Below, in pieces: positions 56,022 through 64,000 of a stretch of 64,000 nucleotides of DNA. The notes under the pieces are model-generated. The model saw nothing but the letters and a program-made list of their open reading frames with translations, did no database searches and was not told the origin of the DNA. The DNA lies in NCBI GenBank assembly GCA_051294375.1, contig CM119269.1, positions 20,693,665-20,757,664 of the forward strand. The letters are read 5' to 3'. The position numbers and the translations under genes are program-made. This DNA comes from Paraspadella gotoi. Its lineage: Eukaryota; Animalia; Chaetognatha. The stretch's first letter is position 1, and every line of letters begins with the position of its first letter.

Positions 56022-59000
56022 CTCTTTCTCTCTCTCTCTCTCTCTTTCTGCGCCCTTTTTTCTCTTTCTTTTTCTTTATTTTGTCTTCCAGATGGGACAA
56101 GACCTTTGAACTTTCCCTTCGCTTATTGGCGAAATTCTCTGTGTTTCGCGAGAATCGATTGAGTCTTCAGGATTTGAGCATCGACGTGGTCGTTATGAAA
56201 TTGGCTCACAAGAAGAGTCGCCATTGCGTCGCAGCCGCGCTAGAGGTTTTAACCAGTACTAGCAGTTTTTCAGAAATTCAGCAAGAATGATTTTACATTT
56301 TGTAGTTTAATTTTTGATTCATTTAGTTAATCTCCAAACTTTGCGAAAATGACGCGAGCAAGATCGCCTTCGGCCAAAGGGGCGCCATGACGATGGCACT
56401 CACCTACCTCATGGCGAAAGCCAAACCGCCGGGCAAAGATGGTTAGGCGAGGGCGAGCGGGAAAATTGGGTGGGTAATAGAACTAATATAAGAGAACACA
56501 GAAAGACAAGGAAACCAATTCCATATCAAATTTTTTTTATTCCTTTCCAATGTTTTCTTTCAAATTTTTTTTCCCTTTTTCTTCCATTTTCCATATTTTT
56601 ATTTTATTTTCATTTCCACTTAAATTTCAATCTCTCATTTGGTGCCATCCTCACCGCCGGCAGCGAGTCGCGCATCCAGCCGGAAAAAGGGCGCTTCCCC
56701 CAAGAAAGGAGGGTCGCCAGGAGGCTTCGCTCTTGGCGACGTGGAGGTCGTTCTTCCTCACGAAACAAACTTTGCTATTGGAACAGGTTGTCGATAAAGA
56801 TTGGAGGTGGGGATGATATGGAAGTAATGTACAGTAGGTGTTACTTTCCTTACGAGCATGTGACGTGACGCATTGACGTACCAACACAATTTTCCTTACG
56901 CAGCTTGCCTAGCTTCGCTGACTTCCGGCTGCAGAACGAACGTCTCTCTCGCCTTCGCCAAGGAAAATCTGTCGTTGCTGACGGAATTCCTTAAGGGATC
57001 GATTTTTAAAATTATTTTATTATTTTTATTATTTTATTATTATTTATTAAAATTTGTAATGCATTTTAAAATTATAGAAAGTGTGAATGATTTTATTAAT
57101 CGGTCCTTAAATGCCAAGGCCTTTGCTCCAACGGCCCAAATAGAAAAAGAGGCGGCCACCCTGAATACTTTCAACGTAGTGCGCAACTTGCACGCCGACC
57201 CTGAGCAGACCTTGCTGCTTATGGCTAAGACTAATCTTGTAAAGCAGGTTAGAGTGCTGTCGAAAGTAATTGCATAGTGTGGAAAGTGCATTGTGCAGGT
57301 CATTTTTCGCTTTCCGTAGTCCGTACTGCCATACGTTGAGATTCAGCTAGAAGGCGGCGTCTGCTTTGAGCCGCTCGTTCGCGCGATTGACGTACTGACT
57401 GTCTACTATGTCAACCGCATCCTGATCGAGGGAGAGTGAGTCGGGGAGGGGGGTGGGAGAAGTAGACGTAGCCGTGAGCCGGTAATGTAGGCGTTGACGT
57501 GCACTCGGGGAAATTTACGGTTTAAAGTCGTCTTTTTTTTTCCAATTTTTTTTCCCAAAAATCACTAAAACTATTCCTTTTCGGTTTTACCCCGTATAAA
57601 GATTTAATGATGAATGTAATTATGTTTTACTTGTCAGAGAGTCAGGCGAAGAAAAAACTACTGATATAGAGGAGAGACAAAAGCTGCAGACTCGACTTCA
57701 TTCGATAATTGCCAAGAGTTTGGAGAGCGAGGATCTTCACGTTTGCGTTGCGGGAGCTCGACTTGCCGAATCCCTCGCCAAGTCGCCCGACCGAGGTGCA
57801 GACTCTCATATACGTATTATATCTGTCTTTCTATTGTAAAATTTGGATAAATATTAGGTTGGGAGCCATCAGTTAAGAAATAAAACTATTGTAGTCGGGC
57901 ATTGCCTAGGTTCACCCCGCCTATAAGCATGATTCTTTCAGTTGTGACCCGGTGGCTCATTGAGTAAAGCCATCAGCTCTTGACCACTAGGTACCGGGTT
58001 CAATCCCAACCCGGTACCTACCCTGCGGGAAGAGTGAGGACGGCCGTAAGCCGCCTTGGGGGTGTGGCAAGCCCTCAAGCCTGGTTCCAAGCCCAGGTCC
58101 CGTTCCATGTCTGCTAGAGGGGGTTATAGCAATTACGGATAGTCATCTTCTGCCCACTTAGCGCCTTTTCCACACTATTATAGAATCTGTAGAATTTTTT
58201 GACCAGGCGTCGCCCTAATTGACGACGGGATTGTCGACATTCTTTGGAACAGATTCCGCTCTTCTCTTAAAGTATTTCCAAAGTCGATGCGAAAGCAGAC
58301 GGAACGTTGCTTGGATCACATTCTTGGTTGTAACCTCTCGTTGAAGTACACAATTTTGGGCAGGTCTTTACTTTCGAAGGGTGGATTAACACTATAGCAT
58401 ATTCGAATCGGCGAAATAACTAGAGATTTCCTCGACAAGACTAACCTCCTTTGACCGAATTGGCGACTATTTTGACGACATTGGAGCCAAACTCGATGCA
58501 GAAGATGCAAGGCGTCTACTTCTGGGGATGGAGACGAAGATTCGCCAGGTGAGCGTTCTCCGGTAGAAGCTTGTCGGATGGGATAAATCAGGCTCTTAAA
58601 TAGGTAAAGAATAGTAAAAACGGACGCGATGGTGGCCGACTGAAGATTGCACCATCTAACTTCGTTTCACCTCTGTTTCTTCTCCCGAGGTAGCCACGGT
58701 ATAGAGAAACGGTAGTCGTTGACAAGGGAACGACGAGGAGGACCATTGTTGAAGAGGTTTTACTCGAGGACGAAGGCGAGGACGAGGGGAAAGGCGAAGA
58801 CGAGGAAGACGGGGACCAAACAGGTTCTATTTATAATCATTTACGCTCGCATTTAGCATTTTTAAATCTCCCATAAAATGCCATTATAGTATGGCAGTTT
58901 CAACTGTCAAAGGAGACTCCCTATGTTGCTCGAGACAAGGCGCTGGACCCTCTGCGGTCGCCCACCTACTATGGTCATTGAATCCGACTACATTATGCTT

Positions 59001-61231
59001 GCCAGGCTGTAACCGGGAGTTGAACTCGAGACCTATTTGACAAACGTAATGCGATTTTAGGACACCGTAACCGTCGACTTTAACCATAAAGAGTATTACC
59101 ATTAGTAGTAAGAACTTAAAGCGCCATCATAATTTTAATTTTTGTGGCAGAAACGCCCGCGATCAATATTTTGGTCCCGACGGAAGAATTTCCTCCCGTC
59201 GCCATTACTTCACCTAGGTGGATAATTCAGTGAATGACTTATTTTTCTTAGACATTGTATTCAGTGTTATTTCTATTTGTTGCGTTTGAGTTAGTTTTTA
59301 ATCAGGTGATAACGAGTTAGTTTTGCGCTGACGAAACAGATCCATTTTTTATAAAAAAAAAAAAGCAAAGTAAAGTAATCTCGCCAAAAAAAACTTGTTA
59401 CTTCGAAATTTTCGATAAATTAATTTTTAATTAAATAAAATTTTTTTCAAATAAAAAATTGATGGCAACAGCCGGGTTGCCTGAGATGCCCATTGGAATG
59501 GGACATCACTTTGTTGGCTTTAAGGGCTTCCGACATTCAGTGACTCCTCCTGTCACTGGAGCGGTTACCCTAGGACGGTCTCGCTTTGCAAACGCAGAGG
59601 GAAGTCGGTAGGACTGTTGACAGAACGCAACGGTATTGGCTGAACGGCGGTGGATGCGAGGCAGTGTGAATATACCGCTGCATAGTGATGATAAATTGAT
59701 GCAATGATAATGAATTAATGATGTGATGATAACAAATTAATGATGCTATGATAACAAATTATTGATGCGATGATATGAATTACTGATGGGATGATAACGA
59801 ATTATTGATGCAATGATTAACAAATTATAGTTGCGATGATATTGCGAATAGGCAGAGGGGGAACACACCATCCCAGGCGTTGTGTTCCTTCCACAGTCCT
59901 TACGAATTCCCTGTGTTGGCAAAGCAATACCATCCTTGGGTAACCCCGCCAGTGACAGGTGGCGTCACTGAGATTCAGTAGCCCCCAAAGTCAACAGTGA
60001 GATGCCCCATCCCAATGGGCATCACAGGCAACCCGGCTGTTGCCATAAGGTATCATTTTATCTTTATTTTTAAATACTTTTCTAAAAGTGGGACTCCACT
60101 TGAACCTAAACCGGAGAAACCCGAGAAGAAATACATCGAAATCGAAAACGATCCTACGCTTTTGACTCTGATTGATCACGTCCTGTCCAAACTCAAGAAT
60201 CTTCCGAGAATCGAGTGGAAAATCAAGTGTCTGGCTATTTTGGTATTTATCAAGCTTATCAATTTATTATTTTATGAATCAATCTAATAAAATATCTCTC
60301 TTTAAATCGTGAACTCGGCAAAACGTTTTTTCAGCATTTCTACGGCAGACAAACTCTTTCATTCTTTCGAAGGTCTTTTATCAGTTTGGGGGACGATTGT
60401 TGCCCGACGAACTCTTTGCTGATGATTTCCGTGAGCACCTTCGCGATCTGGTCGAAGAAACCTTAGATTATCGCGTAACGATCGGTTCGATTTCTAAAGG
60501 AGTCGCATATCACAGAGCGTTATTATTCAAAGGTTACTAACTGGTCAACAATTTATTACTTTGAGGTTTAGTTTCCATTTAATATAATATGTTCCTCCAA
60601 CTTTCGCAGTGTTAGCCGATGAGCTGCTGATCCCGTGCACTCTTATACGAGGGGATTACTTTCGAGCTTGGAACGAAATATGGTTAATGCGCTCGGCTAA
60701 ACGGGTCGTAGCCACTGACAGACTCAGGTTTAAGAACTGTTATTTAATTTTTTTGTACATGATTTTGTTTTATATTACACAGTGTGGTGGTCTGAAGAGA
60801 TAAAGTGGTTTGATTTTTAGGTGGATGTTACACGATGATGTGAATAGTGATCCAAAGACGAAAGAAGAGATACCAGAGCTTGCTGGATTTGAGGAATTTA
60901 CATCAGTCGTGGCAAAGGTTTCCTTTTGTCTATTTCTTGCTTTTTTGATTGAAAATTTCTTTCTCAGTATTCAGTTCTGGTGATATGTGAATAATTTATT
61001 TCTAGTAATGACTGCTCATTATGAGTGTTCAATAACTCATCCGTTAACTTGATTTACTTCGTCTGAATCCGCCAGGGCGCGCCTCCAGACTCTCTCTGTG
61101 TCTCCTTAGCTATGGCGATGGCGATTCAAACTCAATTCCTCAAGATTTTATTGTATGACGATCGTACAGCAAAGGAACTTCTGAGCGCACAGCCGCCTCC
61201 TCCGATCATTGACATCGAGGCGAAACTGGAT
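53744..61231 (+). CDS. ARMC3: Armadillo repeat-containing protein 3-like (ARM repeats plus C-terminal EDR1-like domain), multi-exon; 3' end unresolved
   Basis: N-terminus PASVSLLLPSTETLVLLDALESFKKFV|GKSIRNKELFL...LVNHED resembles ARMC3; ARM-like exons at 54.5-58.4 kb; IGSISKGVAYHRALLFK|VLADELLIPCTLIRGDYFRAWNEI (60481-60680) is the EDR1-type signature. Confidence 0.85.
57890..58174 (+). mobile_element. Solo-LTR-like element (285 bp) with internal tRNA-derived Pol III promoter
   Basis: TGT..ACA termini; perfect 4-bp TSD CTAT (57886-57889, 58175-58178); A box TGGCTCATTGAG (57953) and B box GGTTCAATCC (57997); homologue at 49984. Confidence 0.8.
58885..59098 (-). mobile_element. Decayed tRNA-headed element related to 45648-45904
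   Basis: Flanked by CCAT/CCAT; minus strand has B-box-like GAGTTCAACTCCC and a GAGGGTCC..GC.CC hairpin shared with the 45648 element. Confidence 0.5.
59464..60044. mobile_element. Non-autonomous DNA transposon with ~170-bp TIRs and AT flanks (ISL2EU-like)
   Basis: GGCAACAGCCGGGTTGCCTG.GATGCCCATTGG.ATGGG at both ends inverted; AT on each side; internal ~22-bp TGATGC.ATGATAA repeats (59684-59845). Confidence 0.85.
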
Positions 61232-61769
61232 GTAAGACTCGTTTCAAAAATGTCATTTAAAAAAGTATTGGTTCGCAAAATATAAACATTTAAAAAAATA
61301 TTTAAAGCATAAAGATCGTCGCAATCGCAAAGCAAAAGTCTGGACCCATAAAAAATTAAATTTGATATCGGAAAACTAAGTAACAAACTTCGCCTAATAT
61401 AAAAAAATAAAAAAAGCTTAAAAGTATAAAATCAAAACGAATATTCAATGGCAGATGAACAAACGGATACCAAAAAAAATTAGAGAAGTAAATCAAGAAA
61501 GAAACAATAGAAAAGAAGAGAAGCAAGAGAGCAATTGAAAAAAAAAGTTATTAAAAATAAAATAATTGGTTTTATGAGATAAGGTTATCTTTCAGCTGCA
61601 TCGTCATAGCTAAAATTACTGTAATTAACAACTCTTGGACCTGAAATAGAGCCAAACTTCGTCAATGGGGTGGGTCAGAAGTTTGATTTGGGAACCTTTC
61701 CAAATGAAACTTCATACATTTCTGAGAAAACTTTCAATGGAGCAAAATTTTCTAAAATGGCAAGAAGCA

Positions 61770-62140
61770 TTAGTAATTAATTTTTTAATATTTATTTATA
61801 GATAGGAAATGTCAAAAAATTTTTTTGGAATTTTTTATTTTTAAAAGCAGATTCAAATAGCTTATGAAAAGTTATCTACACAAAGTATAATTCTTTTTTC
61901 AATATTTTGATGATAAGTGGGTTTAAATTGAGAAAAACCTTAAAAAATCATCATCATCATCATCATCCGATGATTTTAGCAGTTTTTACTAATTTTTAGT
62001 AATAAAACATCAAAATTTTAAAAAGTTGTAATTATATTTTTTGCTTTACTTTTTAAGCTCTATCAGAATCAATTAAAAAAACTTAAAGTATACAAAAAAA
62101 ATTTTTGACATTATATAGCAATATAATAATATTAATTAGC
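61770..62140. mobile_element. Degenerate AT-rich foldback MITE
   Basis: AATGTCAAAAAATTTTTTT (~61808) is inverted at ~62094-62112; TAGTAATTAATT vs ATTAATTAG; AGCTTA vs TAAGCT. Confidence 0.5.
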
Positions 62141-62760
62141 GAATTACTCATGGTTCGGAACATTTTTGCAAAAAAATATTTTAACACAATAATTAATACC
62201 AATAATGGATTAGTTTAATGCTGTTCCCATTAAAATTTGAATTTGGTCGGCTACCGCTACCTGAAATGGTCCTTTTGTTAACCAGTCGTCCTCCGCGGTA
62301 GAGCTCGAACGCGCCCCTTCCCGAGTATGCCACTGCATCGATCACAACGACTCTAACCAGGTCGGCCCGCGACAGAAGACTGAATTCCTCATATTCAGCC
62401 ACTTGGTTTACTACTCGATTCTATCAGTGCGGCTGTTGCGACCATTGCCCGGGCTGGGTCCCGCCCCCGACGCATTTCCTGGCAGAAACTCAGGCCGGTC
62501 GGCCGGAAGAAGAGTCCCCGTTTCAAGGTCCTCCGGGGAAGTTTGTTGTCGACCTCTGTTACTATCCTGCGCGAATAATTTCCGATTTGGACGCGGAGAA
62601 GATAAAGTACATGCATATTTGAGCTCTTGTCTTGGCCGCTGTCACTTTTTTTTTGGTTATTTTATGATTAAATTAACTCTGAAGAGACTTTCATTGAATC
62701 GTAGCAATAAGTTTTGATGCCAGTATGTAGAATATTTTTTGAGGCGATTAATTTCATCTC

Positions 62761-63443
62761 GGTATAATTTTACTTTCGCCGACCGGAGTTAGGGGGGGTA
62801 ATTAAATGATAATTTTTTTTAAAGAATTTTTTAAAGAATTAAAATTCCTTTTTTTAAATAATGGTATAATTTTATTTTCGCCGACTGCGCTTAAGGGGTT
62901 TAAGGCCTGGGATCAGTGGCCAAAAGTTATAATTAGGATGAAATAAAGCTTGTATTTGGAAAGTAGAGGTCCAGACGATTATGAAAATATATTTAATTTA
63001 TCTTCTCTTCGAATCCATTGCTGTTTTTTTGAATTTTATAATACTATATAAAATAAAAGAAACCTTTCGGAAGAGTTGCGGCCCAAACGGCTAAGCGGAT
63101 TTTTAGGAAATTTTACACAAATTTACTTGAGGATAAAGGTCCCAATTCTATGAGAGGGATTTTTCAAATTCATTTATCTTCATAAAAAAAGATTAGATTG
63201 TACGAAGCTTTATGCAATTCTTGTTTGAATGATCCCAGGTCTTAAGGATAAAGGTGATTTAAGGGAGGTTAGGGTTAAGAAGGTTTATGGTTAAGGCATA
63301 TTTTTTAAAACTTTTTTTAAAAATAAGTATTTAAAAGATATTAAAACCTTAATCAGCCAAAATACAATTTTACAGCTTTTACATATTTTTAAATAATTTT
63401 TTAAGACGCAAAAACCCCGGTCGGCGAAAGTAAAATTTTATCC
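62761..63443. mobile_element. Non-autonomous element with ~28-bp inverted repeats
   Basis: AATTTTACTTTCGCCGACCGGAGTT (62765) and AACCCCGGTCGGCGAAAGTAAAATT (63413); a partial second left end at 62863. Confidence 0.75.
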
Positions 63444-64000
63444 TAATCTCTCTGTAAAAATTACTTACCCATTGATGTGTTTTTCATTTTAAAATTATTT
63501 AATATTTTAGGAAAATGTGATAAGCTATATAAGTGTTTTTTCCCAGCTTTTTCAGCTCAGTGACTTCATTCTTAGATCTGCCGAAACCGTTTTAATAAAG
63601 ATCCGAAAGTCGTCGGCGAAAGCTATAAATATTTTGGCCAGTTAATCTTTATCGCGGGTTTTCATCGCCGCGAGGATTGGCCGAGGCGCTCTTCGATCGT
63701 TCGGGGGAGAAGATTGATTTTTGCCAGAGATAATTTCTCCACTCGCTACGGGCGAATTGAGACGGAATAGTTTTAAAAAATCTTTGTCGGTGTACGGTTT
63801 AGTAAAAAAATCAATTTTTAATATTAATTTAACTTATCTCAAAGTAGCGTTTTATTATGATTTCTTTATTTAGAACGTGACTTAGCCTAGTATTGTAAGC
63901 CTCCCTTTACTGTTACCTCGGCGAGTTTTTACAATTAGGTTTTCGTAAGGTTTTTTTTAGATCTCATCTCGCCCGGTCGATTTCCCCTGCTCTTATCCGG

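Noticed and set aside
57946-58020. Functional tRNA gene
   Set aside because: A/B boxes are present but there is no complete cloverleaf or poly-T terminator; it is embedded in a TSD-flanked repeat.
62190-62650. GC-rich block with short minus-strand ORFs, possible retroelement gag fragment
   Set aside because: No recognisable motif or termini.

Overview
AT-rich, intron-rich animal genomic DNA with dense (GA)n and (GAC)n microsatellites and three N gaps; the organism cannot be named from the sequence. I reconstructed six spliced genes by hand. (1) 5' part of an OATP/SLCO4-like transporter (minus, 845-2819). (2) A 65-aa secreted propeptide-like gene (plus) whose exons are scattered by a gap-filling artefact (7121-21301). 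(3) A CFAP97/Hemingway-domain gene (minus, 21180-31327) with a ~4.9-kb LINE in one intron. (4) An orphan disordered-protein gene (plus, ~34982-36893). (5) A complete 13-exon EFF-1/AFF-1-family cell-cell fusogen gene (plus, 45232-52041). (6) An ARMC3-like gene (plus, from 53744). The segment 7365-21166 is largely an assembly artefact: an identical 6.3-kb duplication and two indel-rich foldbacks, each duplicate ending in a 25-N gap. The two most interesting signals are the divergent fusogen and a group of ~150-290 bp TG..CA solo-LTR-like elements, most with exact or near 4-bp TSDs, that carry a tRNA-type Pol III promoter followed by a twister-ribozyme-like fold. All homology calls come from motif recall, not database searches.
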